In this document: in pieces, positions 38,941 to 52,952 of the stretch
How the letters are laid out: each line of letters opens with the position of its first letter
How positions within the stretch are numbered: position 1 is the stretch's first letter
The notes under the pieces: generated by a model
The model's input: the letters and a program-made list of their open reading frames with translations, nothing else
Database searches by the model: none
What the model was told of the DNA's origin: nothing
Made by a program: the position numbers and the translations under genes
Source: Octopus sinensis
Taxonomy: Eukaryota
Length of the DNA: 64,000 bases
Direction of reading: 5' to 3'
NCBI RefSeq assembly: GCF_006345805.1
Contig: NC_042998.1
Coordinates: 22,754,001 to 22,818,000 of the forward strand

Positions 38941-39173
38941 TATTTCTTTACTGCTCACAAGGGGCTACACACAGAGGGGACAAACAAGGACAGACAAACG
39001 GATTAAGTCGATTACATCAACCTCAGTGCATAACTAGTACTTAATTTATCGATCCTGAAAGGATGAAAGTCAAAGTCGACCTCGGTGGAATTTGAACTCA
39101 GAATGTAATGGCAGACAAAATATGGCTACGCATTTCGCCCGGCGTGCTAATGTTTCTGCCAGCTCGCTGCCTT
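38941..39173 (-). mobile_element. SINE family B, full length, with a perfect 15-bp TSD
   Basis: AACCATTAGAATACC at 38926-38940 and 39174-39188. Confidence 0.9.
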
Positions 39174-39666
39174 AACCATTAGAATACCATTAGTTAAGAC
39201 ATAAATTAGAATGTTTTGTTTATACCATTCAGCTACCCACTCTCGCCTATGGTTGTTATGCAGCTCACGTTAACCCATGCTGTATAGATGTAACTTCCTT
39301 TATATTATTTTGTGGTTTATCCCCATTTTGACCCTGGTTAAGAAGACTTATGACCAAGATGTCCCATGCATGATTATCCCATCTTTTATTTTAACATTAT
39401 CCAGTGTACCCTTCATTTTTTTCTGAGATGTTAGTTGTGATTTCTTGGAAATGTGGTTGCTATTGTGAGTAAGTTAAATGTCATTGCATCTGTCTTGCTT
39501 TCCATGTAGTTGATAAAGGTAAAGGCCTAAACACTCGGTACAGTGTTCTATAACTAACCAAATTGACAAAAATGGATTGATTAAATACTACTTAAACATA
39601 TATTTGTGTATGAATGAATGTGTGTGTGTACACTCCTTTCTATCAATAACTCAAATGTAAAATTTT

Positions 39667-39757
39667 CCCCTAAAGATGGAGGCTGGTATTACCTGATGAT
39701 GTAATCAATTTACAGTCATTATTTTGGACCACCAGCCCCCTAGAAACAGCTGTTGGA
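39667..39757 (+). ncRNA. Degenerate type-I hammerhead motif
   Basis: CTAAAGA (core G5>A), stem II GGAGGCTGGT/ACCAGCCCCC, GAAAC-AGCT-GTT; stem I only 2 bp. Confidence 0.45.
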
Positions 39758-40283
39758 CTCATAAAACTCTTATTTTAAAACCCTTTAATTCCTGATCATT
39801 TCTATCGTTTCTATTCTGTGTAAGTCAGACCTTCTTGTATGTAAGCATATGTACATTTTCTGTATTAAAAGTATTTAATATTTTTTGTATATTGACTTGC
39901 CTAACTTGCTTATCCTTACATTTACTCCTCTACCTACTCAAGATTAAATCTCTTGAGCCCTACAAAGTGTTTTCTATATGAAGAACATCTGTCTCTCATC
40001 TATAAACTACACACACACACATATATATGTATATATATATATATATAATCAATAATATCAAAGGGTAAAATTAATTAATTAACTAGTAAATTAAGTACTA
40101 GTTATGCACTGGGGTCGATGTAATCAACTTAATCCGTTTGTCTGTCCTTGTTTGTCCCCTTTGTGTGTAGCTCCTTGTGGGCAGTAAAGAAATAGGTATT
40201 CTAATTGTATTCTAACTAGTAATCAATAATTTCACCAAGTAGAATTTGGCATGAAAAAGACCATTTCACGGTAAACTAAAGTA

Positions 40284-40449
40284 ATACTTTATAATAGGGT
40301 TCAGCAAAGATTTGCTTTGCCACATACTGAAGTTTAGAAATAGCAGGGAGTCTTTTTAAAGTAGAGGAAATAGCTAAGGTTCTTTGGTTGCTATTTCTAA
40401 ACTTCGGTATGTGGTAAAGCAAAACTTTGCTGAACCCTATTATAAAGTA

Positions 40450-40450
<1 letters not shown>
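40284..40450. mobile_element. Hairpin MITE: 62-bp inverted arms, 43-bp spacer
   Basis: 40284-40345 is the reverse complement of 40389-40450 with few mismatches. Confidence 0.75.
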
Positions 40451-40482
<32 letters not shown>

Positions 40483-40484
<2 letters not shown>

Positions 40485-40843
40485 GGTTTAAGAGACAGAA
40501 CTACCTTCAAGCAACATTGAACGACATTATCTATGATAGAGATGATAGAGGTATATAAGATTAAATTTTATCAAAATTAATATCTACAATTCTTATTCTG
40601 AATACTATATTAAATTATATAGACTATGCGCGTTTCATGACAATATATCTATCGGCATTGCTGAAATAGAAGGTCTCGAAATTCAATACCATGTCAGTCC
40701 GACTATACTGCCAATCTTCAGGTCTGGATTATATAAAACTATTTTACTATTTACATCCAATATGACAAATAAAATTATACTACTAAAAATTGTCGAAATA
40801 ATTTTTTCATTACTAAATAAGGTGATTCTGTCTCTTAAACCTA
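40483..40843 (-). mobile_element. Penelope-type non-coding repeat (family I) with a hammerhead motif and 18-bp inverted ends
   Basis: AGAC-CTGAAGA-stem II-GAAAC-GCGC-ATA-GTCT at 40621-40725 (minus); TAGGTTTAAGAGACAGAA at 40483 is inverted at 40826-40843. Confidence 0.65.
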
Positions 40844-41169
40844 TCTATGTATATGTATATAAAACACCAAGTAATTCGTTTTAGTACCACTAAATTGAAT
40901 TTCTCTCCCCTGTGGACTCTCCCTAATATTAATAATTATATCTGACGAAGCCTTCCAGCTTCACAGACCCCAGTTGACCCGTCCAACCCATGCTAGCATG
41001 GAAAACGGACGCTAAACGATGATGATGATGATGATGATATATATATATATATATATGACGAAGCATTGGCACAAAGCAGTGTTTAGGTATGAGCTGGATT
41101 TAGTTTAGTTGAAATATGTTTGTCATACATTACAACTGCTAAATGTATATATATATATATATATAATAC

Positions 41170-41560
41170 AAAATGAGAAAATGGAGAAATATATCTAAAT
41201 CAATCATCAACTATCAGATAATACCCAATCACATACTTTATTAAAACACTACACAATAGCAATGAGATTAGGCATTAATACAGTACAATAATTACAATCA
41301 ATATGGTGAGATATAACTAAATAAATATAACAAGATATAAAAATACATTTACATTATAACTGACAGCTGTTTCGGCCATGAAGATAGGTATGTCTCATTT
41401 AACCTATTAGCCATATAATGCAGGTATAAATGAGACATTAACAAGAATATCTTACGGCCTCTTCGGAGATTCTAATGCAAGTATGAGTACAAACCCTAAA
41501 ATAATTTACATATAAATATAAATATGAGTGCATACGTACTCATATTCTTACATATATATA
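41170..41560 (-). mobile_element. Penelope-type non-coding repeat family H, copy 1
   Basis: Nearly colinear with 55617-56020; hammerhead CCGAAGA-GGCC..GGCC-GAAAC-AGCT-GTC at 41358-41470. Confidence 0.7.
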
Positions 41561-42412
41561 CATATACACAATATATATATATATATATATTTATATACAC
41601 ACATATACATATGTGTATACATTGGGCTTTTTCAATTTCTGTCTTCTAAATCCACTCACAAGGCTTTTTATTGGCCCAGGGTTTATACAAGACACTTGTA
41701 GGACTGAACCTAAAACCATGCAACCGCATCTGCTCCTGCATGAATGTAATATATCAAATTATAAAATGTTCACAAACTCAAAGTGATATCACTTGATGTT
41801 TTTTCTTAGATGTACAACAATTCAAAGTCTTTCTTATACAATATTTGTAATTTTGGAAAACTTAAATCGATCAAAGGGTACAGAAAATGTGTCTATCAGT
41901 TAGTTTCTTTAAATTGTCTGAAGTAGCCATGTATATTTATTTACATACCGTTTACAGTGTTTTCAAAACTACTAATGGCCAATATATTTTTGTCTTGTTT
42001 GTTTTTGTTATTTTATTCCCCCTTGTTTTTTTTTTTGAGTGTTTTCCTATGTTTTGTTCATATTTTCCAACTTTAACATTTATTCAAAAATGTTCCATCT
42101 CACTGATTTTTTTGTTTCTTATAATGCAATATTTACTAATATCAGCTTTATAGATGACTTTGGAATCAGTATAAATGTCTCTAACCAACCATTTTCTTCA
42201 TTTATTTTGTTCGTTTTTTTTTAAATTTATATTTATTTGTTTGTTTTGTTTGGTTTGGTTTGGTTTGGTTTAGTTTTGTTTTATCTAATTCCAATCTTTT
42301 TAACTTGCCATTCTGATACATTGCTTAACCATAGCTGCATTCACTTTGCCTCTTTTTATGGTACTTTGTGCTAAAACTCTTTGAGGTCACTTTCATATAA
42401 ATACATGCATAC

Positions 42413-42453
<41 letters not shown>

Positions 42454-43266
42454 TTATGTATTTATATATAAACATACATGCATATATACACACACATGTG
42501 TGTGTGTGCATTTGTATTTGTATTTTCTAATCTTGAAGAAAACTGACAGCTCTTCTAGAAGGAAAGGCTATTATAATATATAACATCTCATAAAGTTTTG
42601 TTTGGTATTCAAAAGTGAAACTAAAAAAAGAGATGTTTTCATTCTCCTCCATGTTAAATCCTCATGTATAGATCTTTGTTTGAAAGTAGCTTAAATACAT
42701 TCCCATTACATTGAAAGTATAAAATAAAGAATTTATGCAGTTGCATAAAGAAGCCATTTTTTAAATTATATATTCTGCCTCTGATTAGAATTTAGATCCC
42801 ATGACTGAAACAATTAACTAATTAACTAATTAAATACTCCTGTTATCAAATATACATTCATATGCACACATGCATCCACATTACACCCACACAGACACAC
42901 ATGCATGTACATATATATATTTTTTATAGCCCACAAGGGGCTAAACATAGAGGGGACAAACAAGGACAGACAAAGGGATTAAGTCGATTACATCGACCCC
43001 AGTGCGTAACTGGTACTTTATTTATCGACCCCGAAAGGATGAAAGGCAAAGTGGACCTCGGCGGAATACATGCATATACATATATGTATAAGGTAGTCAT
43101 GGCTGTGTGGTAAGAAGCTGGCTTCCCATCCACATGGTTCTAGGTTCAGTCCCACTCTGTGGCACTTGGGCAATTGTCTTCTACTATAGCCTGAAGTCAA
43201 CCAAAACCTTATCGGTAAATTTGCTAGATGAAAACTAAGCTTGTCATTCGTATGTGTGTGTGTGCA

Positions 43267-43307
<41 letters not shown>

Positions 43308-44898
43308 GTCTGTGTGTGTTTCTAATTTTTGGAACAAGGCCAATAAATTTGAAGGGAAGTGACAATGGATTACATTGATCCCAGCATTTTGTTTGACTTG
43401 CTAACAATTCTACCTGCCCACCACCTTGAAAAAAGAAATCTTTTCTCTTATAAGGCCTGAAATTGTAGAGGGGGGGGGCTAATTAATTACATTGACCCCA
43501 GTGCTCAATTGGTACTTATTTTATCAACCCCAAAAGGATGAAAGGCAAAGTAGGCAGAAATTGGAAGAAACCCTTTGTATGTATATATAGAATGCAAAAC
43601 ATCCAAATAGGCGATGCAAAAAACACGGACGGGTCTTTCGAAGCCTTTAATCTTCAGTCAAGAACCGGATCATCCTAACAATTTCGGCTGATTAATCTTG
43701 AGATTGCTCCAATCTGTCCAGCCCCAAGGGAAAACTAAGCTAAGAGCATTAGATTCCTTGGAAAAAGGATCGAATGTATACGAAACAAGGATGGAAAAAC
43801 GGACAATGTTACACGAATATAAATACAAAAATAATACAAAAAATACAATAAAATAATACGAATATAAATACAAAAACACAATAATAATAATAACAGGACT
43901 TAACAACAGGCGTCTTTCGACTGGAGACGAATTGAATTCAGCTGGAGTGTTGAGTATTAAGCCTTGTGTGTGGGTGGGTGAGTGTGGGTGTGTGTGTGTG
44001 TGTGTGTTTTACTATGTCCTTGCCTTGACATCATCTGATAGTTGTAAATATATGTCGCCATTGTGCAAACTGTGTCTTTCATTTCCAGTCTTCATTGATA
44101 AGATATTACCTTATTTGGAAACTGGTGAGGGTTCACAGCAGGGCAAGTAGCAAGCCATAGACAATGTGCCCCAATAAATGATGCCTGAGTCATGCAAATA
44201 TGGAAAAGTGATATTGAAATGGTGCTGGTGATGTTGATGATGATGAACCTGATGATGTATATATGTGTATGTATGTATGTATGTATGTATGTATGTATGT
44301 ATGTATGTATGTATGTTTGTATGTATGTATGTATGTATGAACGTATATATGTATGAATGTATGTATGTATGTATGTATGTATGTATATATGTATGAATGT
44401 ATGTATGTATGTATATATGTATGAATGTATGTATGTATAAATGTATGTATGTATGTATGTATATATGTATGCATGTATGTATGTTTGTATGTATGTGTGT
44501 GTGTATGTATGTATGAATGTATGTATGTATGAATGTATGTAAGTATGTATGTATGCTTGTATGTATGTGTGTGTGTATGTATGTATGTATGAATGTATGT
44601 ATGTATGTATGTTTGTTTGTATGTATGTTTGTTTGTTTGTATGTATGTTTGTTTGTATGTATGTATGTATGTACGTATGTATGTATAGTTAATCCAAACA
44701 TGAACAAAGAGAAAATGCAACAACGCAAGGACGTGGAACAAATATAGTGTTATTGGACGCTCAGGAAAGGAAACAAAGAAGGAGGATTTACTGTTTCGAG
44801 CGGAGCTCTTCGTCAGAAACATAGAAAAAGGGAGGGTCCAAGGACGGGAAGACGGAGAAAAAAAATTGCCAACAATCCACACGTGGTCACATATTGAA

Positions 44899-44931
<33 letters not shown>

Positions 44932-45414
44932 TGTATGTATAGTTGTTGTACATGAATATGTGCATGTGTTTGTGTGCAAGTAGTTTTCCTAATGTGTGAG
45001 TTTTAATAAATGTTTGACATGCCTGTATTCTACTTATGGGTATAAAATAAAGGCAGATTAGTTAAAAAAAAAATCTGCAGTATTTCATTTATTGAATCGG
45101 TAAAGAAGAAACTCAAGTCAACTAAAAGCAGGTTTTGAACACAGAGCCTTGAGGCTCGTAGCTTAAAATCTTTGTTTGCTTACATTAAATTTGCTTCTGT
45201 AATAATACCGCATAAATATACCTTTTTTCACTGACTTCATCAAAATCTGCATTATTGTATCTGCACGCTTTTAGATACTACATTCAACTCAGCCATTTAA
45301 GCTGCAATGCTAAACTTGAACACGCATATATATGTAATACACACACACACACACACACATATGTATACATACATACATATATATACATATATATAATATA
45401 TATATATATATATT

Positions 45415-45506
<92 letters not shown>

Positions 45507-45544
45507 ATATGTATATATATATATATTTATATATACATATACAC

Positions 45545-45588
<44 letters not shown>

Positions 45589-45895
45589 GTTTGTATGTAT
45601 GTATATTAACACTCTAAAGCTAGTCAGTTTTGATCAAGTATAATAACCATGAATATTTGGTTGTATGCCTGCATCTATAATTAATATATGACCTTACGTA
45701 TACATATATCTATCTAATTTTAGTGACTGTATCACTGTATCTTGGGATATTACATTTATTCAGCTAGTCATCTGCCGATGATGAAAGTTTGGTTTAGCGG
45801 TAAACAGAACCGAATACTCGTAGCTAAGATTGAGAAAGCGAAAAGTGCGGCATTAAAGATGCTAATGCATTCCGTTGTATTTTGAGAGGACTCAC

Positions 45896-46019
45896 CGAAA
45901 TAGAAGAACATAATGTAAAAACTGTTTTTACATTAAATGTATTAAGTTCAGCTATGTTTTCAAAATATTGGTAGAGAGAGACGAATGTTTTGATCTGCTT
46001 GGTGACGATTGACCTGGGA
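45896..46019 (-). CDS. Candidate internal coding exon of an unidentified gene
   Basis: Acceptor gttttgttcAG, donor TCG|GTGAGT; 124 nt with one open frame PRSIVTKQIKTFVSLYQYFENIAELNTFNVKTVFTLCSSIS in non-repetitive sequence. Confidence 0.5.
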
Positions 46020-47789
46020 CTGAACAAAACAACAACAACAACAACAACAACACTAACAACTGTATTTTAAAAATGATTTTGTTTTTTGGGGTTTTTTTTT
46101 CTTCTTTTTCTTGCTGAAAATCACGTTATTAGTGAGATGATATAGTTTTTAATACATCTGTAGTATTCATTATTCTCAATGTCATCTTATTGTTGATGCC
46201 ATATTTATTCATATATACTGCAGACTTGCATATAATGAGCATTACTGGTCATTTGCTATGAAATCTCAGTAACTATCACTCGTGTATAATGTACACAGTT
46301 TTTATTTATTTATTTATTTATCTATTTATTTATTTATTATTTATTCATTTTATATTATGATGTACAGAAAAAAGGTGTGTTTAGTTAGATCTATTATAAT
46401 TGCTGTCTAAAATACTTTGAAAAATATTCACGTATCCTCAAAACAATAAGCAAATTTTGAACTGGTGTAATCTATAAAAAAATTATATCTTCTGTAAAGT
46501 CAGCCTCTTGAAATCCTATCAGACTGGACGAGTTCAAAAGACATAATACAGAATGTAAACATTTTCACATAAATACTTTCATTATCAAATACATTTGTTT
46601 TTTCAATAGAAAAATTAATTGTGCTGGTTCATTATGATAATAATTACAGAATTTTGGGAATAATAGTTTTAGGAGTTTTCTTTATTTTTTTTCAGTTTAT
46701 ATTTATATTTTGCTAATGACAATATTTATGAATAATCTTTGTGTGATTATTAATTAATTTAAATTAATTTATTGATTATTTATCAATTTAAATTTTGCAT
46801 TAAATAACTCAAATAGTATTTGCACTAATGAAAGTATTATATTTTGCTTTGTGTAGTAATTTCACAGTAATAAATCCATGGACCAATATTTAATAAATTT
46901 CTACTATTATAGAAAAATGTAGTATCGTGATTTTAACTCTTCTTTACACATCAGTTAGCTTTAACAAACCAATACAATGAAATTACTTGTATTTTGTCAT
47001 CGCAACAAAATGAGTAACGTTTAGTTCTCACATCCTATATCCATCCCTAATATTTAGGTTTAGAAATCTGGTTTTAAAAATTAGGTTTGTTCTACATAAA
47101 TAATTATGTTATATTAAGCATTCCATATTTATACAATCAATGATTTCTGAACATCTTTCTGGTTACCTCATTGAAGCAGGAATTACATCAATGCATCAGA
47201 TAATGCCATAGAAGATAGGACAGTTCAAAGGGGCAACAACAAAACCTTTGTCCCTAAGGAATGTTGTTACTCTACTCATAAAGTTTCTTTCAGCATAATA
47301 ATGGTAGTTGTTGTTCTGATCAAACAAAGCTGTGATAAAAGTCTTCCATCCATGACCTTTCCAACTTATCTAAAGCCTCCATTGGTCATACTTGACCATG
47401 CAAATGCCTCTGGAATGTCTTTCTCCTAGAAGAAGTCATGGGGTCTTTTTTTTTTTCCTTTTTAAGTGAGTTTTGTCTTTTCCCCTGCAACAAATTTCCC
47501 CTCCACAATATCAAGGATGTCCAAGAGAAACGTGGGAAGCTGGCAAAATTGTTAGACTGTTGGTTAAAAAGACCTGTAAAATTTGTTGTAGTTCTTTACA
47601 TTCTAAGTTCAAGACCCACTGAGGCCAACTTTGCTGTTATCCTTCTGGGGTTAATAAGTTATTAATCCATGTTTGTAGATTGGCTGAACTATTACAGTGT
47701 GGAAAATGGGTGGCAGTTGACAGTAGGAAGATTGTCTGGCTGCAAAATGCTAACCCATGCTAGCATGTAAAGAAGGATGTTGAGCAAGG

Positions 47790-48540
47790 CTTTGTGATAA
47801 AAAGTTTGCTTCTCAACCACATGGTTCCAAGTTCAGTCCCACTGCATAATCTTTTATGATAGCCTCATGCTGAACAAAGCCTTGTGAGTGGATTTGGCAG
47901 ACAGAAACTAAAAGAAGCCCATCGTATATTCTTTTATTCTTTTGTTTCAGTCATTTGACTGTGGCCATGTTGGAACACTGCCTTTAGTCGAGCAAATCAA
48001 CCCCAAGACTTATTCTTTGTAAGCCTAGTACTTATTCTATCGGTCTCTTTTGCTGAACCGTTAAGTTACGGGGCTGTAAACACACCAGCATCGGTTGTCA
48101 AGCGATGTTGGGGGGACAAACACAGACACATTAACATATACACATGATGGGCTTCTTTCAATTTCCATCTACCAAATCCACTCACAAGGCTTTGGTCAGC
48201 CCAAGGCTATAGTAAAAGACACTTGCCCTAGCTGCAACGCAATGGGACTGAACCTGGAACCACGTGGTTGGTAAGCAAGCTACTTACCACACAGCCACTC
48301 CCTATATGTATGTGAATCTATGTATGTGTGTATCTTTGTGTCCACCCCTACTGCTTGACAACAGGTGTTGGTGTGTTTACATCCCCATAATTTAGCAGTT
48401 TGACAAAAGAGAATGATAGAATAAGTATGAAGCTTGCAAAAGATTTAACTACTGGGGTTGATTCGTTCAACTAAAAATTCTTGAAGCCAGTGCCCCAGCA
48501 TGGCCACAGTCTAATGACCAAAACTCGTTAAAGATAAAAC
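47790..48540. mobile_element. Nested SINE A: a minus-strand copy (47927-48302) inserted in the spacer of a plus-strand copy
   Basis: Plus-strand 5' half at 47790-47925 and 3' half at 48330-48540, with a complete inverted copy between them. Confidence 0.8.
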
Positions 48541-48596
48541 AAATAAGTGTAATTATGCAGTGTACTTATTCAAAATACAGTCAGGAATGGATTCAA

Positions 48597-49022
48597 ATCT
48601 ATATATATAAAGCTGAAGTTGTCTGTGTATGGCAGGTTTGGTAGCCTTCAACTAACACTATCTCCTCCGAGACACTGCAGCGCAAGTTGACCAAAATTGA
48701 GAGTATGATAGAAGAAGGCTTGCTCTTCATTCTGTAGAAAATAAAATTCAAATCGGACCATGTTAACACCAAAAATTATATACATCAAAAAGGTGCTTTT
48801 TTTCTATGAAAATCCCTATTTTTTACGATTTTTTGACGGCTGTGTCACCATTTTTCGGTGTATTTCAATCAGAAAAATGTTCACTTAAAGAGAATAATGT
48901 TCACTTAAAGAGAACAAAAATGTTCACTTAAAGAGAATAACAATGCAAAATTTTTACTTTTCAAAAGTTCCAATTCTAAAGGGTCGAAACAAACCCGAGC
49001 AACGCCAGGCGATACTGCTAGT
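48597..49022 (-). mobile_element. HINE/DINE-1-type element, copy 2
   Basis: Minus strand reads TT|ACTAGCAGTATCGCCTGGCGTTGCTCGGG..CTTCAGCTTTATATATATAGAT|TT; internal triplication of AATGTTCACTTAAAGAGAA. Confidence 0.7.
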
Positions 49023-49167
49023 AAATTATATTTGAAGGACGCTATATAACCAAATGTCTATTTGATGTATCTCTTCTTCACATGCAAGTAACATACATAA
49101 ATTAATGTTTTAAGTAACAGTGTAGCTTTCTAGAGACTAACAATAGTACAGTAATCTGATTTTGTAA

Positions 49168-49318
49168 ATGGCTTAGAATTTATTAAGAAGTTTTAGAATT
49201 TATTAAGACAGCTTAGAACTTATTAAGATGGTTTAAATTTTATTAAGAAGGCTTAGAATTTATTAAATGGCTTAGACTTTATTAAGATGACTTACAATTC
49301 ATTAAGATGGTTTAGAAA
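49168..49318. repeat. About 20-bp minisatellite (ATGGCTTAGAATTTATTAAG), about 7 units
   Basis: Directly visible, degenerate. Confidence 0.8.
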
Positions 49319-49796
49319 ATGTTATCAATAGCCTAATGTTGTAGTGAAATCCCTGGCCAACCCTGATTGATCAGATCCTGTTGTGACTATCTCGTCTTTC
49401 CTTTTTGGGGGTGGTGGTGGAATAGTATATCTTAGACTGCATCATCCAATGTGTCCTTAGTTTTCTAAGACAGTGTGGAGGTAATTTCTAGCAGTTTGAG
49501 AGCGACAATATTGAAGTTTCTTTATTAGATCATGTTTAACGGAGGTGAGGGACTAATGTGTTCTCTTTTCTCAATAGCTTTAGTCGATACAGAAAAAATA
49601 AGAAAAAAATTGTGATTGGAGAAAGAAATACAGGAATATCCATGAATGGTTATGTAATGTATGATAGAATATATGAATTAATTAATGATAGAATCAATAT
49701 ATGAATTATTTAGCTGGTGGGCTGGTAGAATCGTTGGAGCATCAGACAGAACGTTCTATGGTTATTTAGTTGTGTTCCTTTTCATCTTGAATTTAA

Positions 49797-50388
49797 ATAC
49801 TTATTTCTTTACTACCCACAAGGGGCTAAACACAGAGAGGACAAACAAGGACAGACAAACGGATTAAGTCGATTACATCGACTCCAGTGCGTAACTGGTA
49901 CTTAATTTATTGACCCCGAAAGGATGAAAGGCAAAGTCGACCTCGGCAGAATTTGAACTCAGAACATAGTGGCAGACGAAATACCTATTTCTTTACTACC
50001 CACAAGGGGCTAAACACAGAGGGGACAAACAAGGACAGACAAATGGATTAAGTCAATTACATCGACCCCAGTGCGTAACTTGTACTTAATTTATCGACCT
50101 CGAAAGGATGAAAGCCAAAGTCGACCTCGGTGGAATTTGAACTCAGGACGTAATGGAAGACGAAATACCTATTTCTTTACTACCCACAAGGGGCTAAACA
50201 CAAAGAGGACAAACAAGGACAGACAAACGGATTAAGTCAATTACATCGACCCCAGTGCGTAACTGGTACTTAATTTATTGACCCCGAAAGGATGAAAGGC
50301 AAAGTCGACCTCGGCGGGATTTGAACTCAGAACGTAATGGCAGATGAAATACGGCTACGCATTTCGCCCAGCATGCTAATGTCTCTGC
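49797..50388 (-). repeat. SINE family B trimer: one head plus three 184-bp 3' units
   Basis: Unit starts at 49797, 49981 and 50165; junctions at GAAATAC(C). Confidence 0.9.
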
Positions 50389-51177
50389 CTTTGAATTTAA
50401 TTACTGCCAAAGTTCAGCTCTGCCTCTTTGGAACGTTAAAGTAAGTAACTTGTCATGCACTGGCCTTGTTCAATATTTAATTGTCTGGTGGATTGCAGAT
50501 TTGGTTGAGCGTCAGACTAAGTACTTTGTGAGATTTAGTTATGTCAGTTTACATTGAAAAGTCAAATCCTTTCCAGGTAAAAGTTGGAGTTTTATCCTCT
50601 TGAGATTGGTAAAATAAATACCGGTCTACAAGCACCTGGTAGATAGAAGATTTAATTAAGGACATCCATAAAGGTGATGCCCCAACATGACCACAATCCA
50701 GTTACTGAAAACGGCTAAAGGTCATTTACTGTTGACCTGGCCTTATTGCCTAGTTTTCACCAAATGATGATGACGACGACGACGATGATGATGATGACGA
50801 TGACGATGATGACGATGATGACGATGATGACGATGATGATGATGATGATGATGAACAATCCCACATATCTTTCATGATCAACGACATTCCAGCAATGGCC
50901 ACCCTGTTCTTTTCCGGGACATTAAATAACTTGGGCTTGTATCCAGTCACACTGAAAATGATCTGCCAGTGGTAATCATGTAAACTGGTATCTGTTTCTT
51001 GGTTGAGGTTGCAGGAGTGTATGGGAGAGTGAGAGATATGGGAAAAGGATGACAGAGTGTAAATATGATGAATGAAAACTAAGAGTGGAGGATTGATAAA
51101 GTAAGGGAGGTAGGGAAGAGCAGGTAACAACTAAAGAGATTGAATAGGACTTAAGGATGGATGTAATGAAGCATGTC

Positions 51178-51416
51178 CAGTAAGTTCACCGTCACCAGTT
51201 CACCACAATGAAAGTTCACCATCGTGAGTTCACCACAAGGAAAGTTCACTGTCATCAATTCACCACATGGAAAGTTTGCGATCGTCAGTTCACTGCAGGG
51301 AAAGTTCAACGTCATCATTTCACAATTCTTGTTCAATAAAATAGTTTTTAACTATTAATAGTGAGATACTATCGGTATATTTTTTTGGTAAACTTTCCTT
51401 GCGCTGAACTTGCCTG
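51178..51416. repeat. 30-bp tandem repeats (AAGTTCACC..) with short inverted ends; probable DNA-transposon remnant
   Basis: About 4.7 units at 51182-51322; CAG(T)AAGTTCA on the left versus TGAACTTGCCTG on the right. Confidence 0.5.
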
Positions 51417-51904
51417 TAATCATAATGAAGTGTCGATCATGAGTAGGTGGTGACCAACAATGCATGGGGGTAAACTGCAGCATAGTAGTAATGACAATAT
51501 AGCAGACAGAAGAAGGATGAGAGAAAGTTAGTGCACGAGAGAGAGATAATGTTTGGTTTGATAAATCCTAAGAGTGAGGCAAGAGAGAGGGGGGGGGAAC
51601 AGGCATAGAACTAGGGGAGAGTAAGAATCATATCAGGATGGAGAAGGAAAGATAATTTGATATTTCTCAGATGGGTGATCAATGCAAAATGTGGGTAGAG
51701 ATGACATTGTTAATGATGAAGGATTGATATCAAGTGAAAAAGTTCCAGACAGTGAGAAAAATTAATGGCATCAAGGAAAAGTTACAATTAGAGAGATAAT
51801 GGATGGTGGTGGGGTCCTTAGATGGAAATTGAATGACGTACCCAGTTGTGCATATATATACACATCCTTATATATGTGTGTATGTGTGTGTGTGTGTGTA
51901 TACG

Positions 51905-51936
<32 letters not shown>

Positions 51937-52148
51937 AAATTTGCAGAAAAACAAAAGACGAAAACAGATGTATGAACAACAAACAGGTGTATTAGTTTGA
52001 TATTTGGGAAAGTCAGAAAGTCTTTTACGTTTCGAGCCTAAGCTCTTCAACAGAAAGGAATAAGAGAAAATAAACAGAAAGAAAAAAAAAAAATTTGTAG
52101 ATTTAGCAATCAAGCATGGTGATTGCATACATATATATATATATATAT

Positions 52149-52182
<34 letters not shown>

Positions 52183-52884
52183 GTGCTTCCAGAAGTTAGT
52201 TTCACTGGGTTGGATGGATCTTTTCAAAAACTGCATATTGCCATTCATCCTGGTTTCTTATCATTTTCTCCATGAAGTTCAAGTTCCCAAGATCAGCCTT
52301 TCCAAGGCTACCTCTTCAACCAATTCTATATCCTCTTCTCTCTCAGTCTCTCTCTCTCTATATATATATATAATTCACCTACTATAGCCTTGGGCTGACC
52401 TAAGCCTTGTGAGTGGATTTAATAGACAGAAACTGAAAGAAGCCCGTCATGTGTATATATATATGTAAATGTATTTATGTCTGTGTGTCTTTGTGTCTGT
52501 GTTTGTCCCCCCACCATCGCTTGACAACTGATATTGGTGTGTTTATGTCCCCAAAACTTAGTGGCTCAGCAAAAGGGACCAATGGAATAAGTACTAGGCT
52601 TACAAAGAATAAGTCCTGGGATCGATTTCTTCGACTAAGGTGGTGCTCCAGTATGACTGCAGTCAAATGACTGAAGCATCTAAAAGAGTATCCATTTGCC
52701 TGTCTGTTTGTAGGTCCGTTTCTCTCTGTATATTTACACACCAGTCTGTAAAGTGGTTGGTATTAGGAAGGGCATCCTGCCGTAGAAACCATTTGGAAGC
52801 AGGCAGTCAAGCTCGGCACAGTCTTCTGACTTGCCAGTTCCTGTCAATCCATCCAACCCATGCCTGCGAGGAAAAAGATGTTAA

Positions 52885-52918
52885 ATGGTAATGATTACGA
52901 CAACGATGACGGTGATGG

Positions 52919-52952
<34 letters not shown>

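Noticed and set aside
43625-43665. CTGAAGA..CGAAAGACCCGTC on the minus strand
   Set aside because: Stems I and II cannot be formed convincingly.
45770-45830. CCGATGA..GGTT..AACC-GAATAC-TC-GTA hammerhead-like string
   Set aside because: Two core deviations and irregular spacing; too degenerate to call.
50750-51130. 126-aa minus-strand ORF, possibly a decayed CR1 3' end
   Set aside because: Only a vague motif resemblance, running into a (CAT)n tract.
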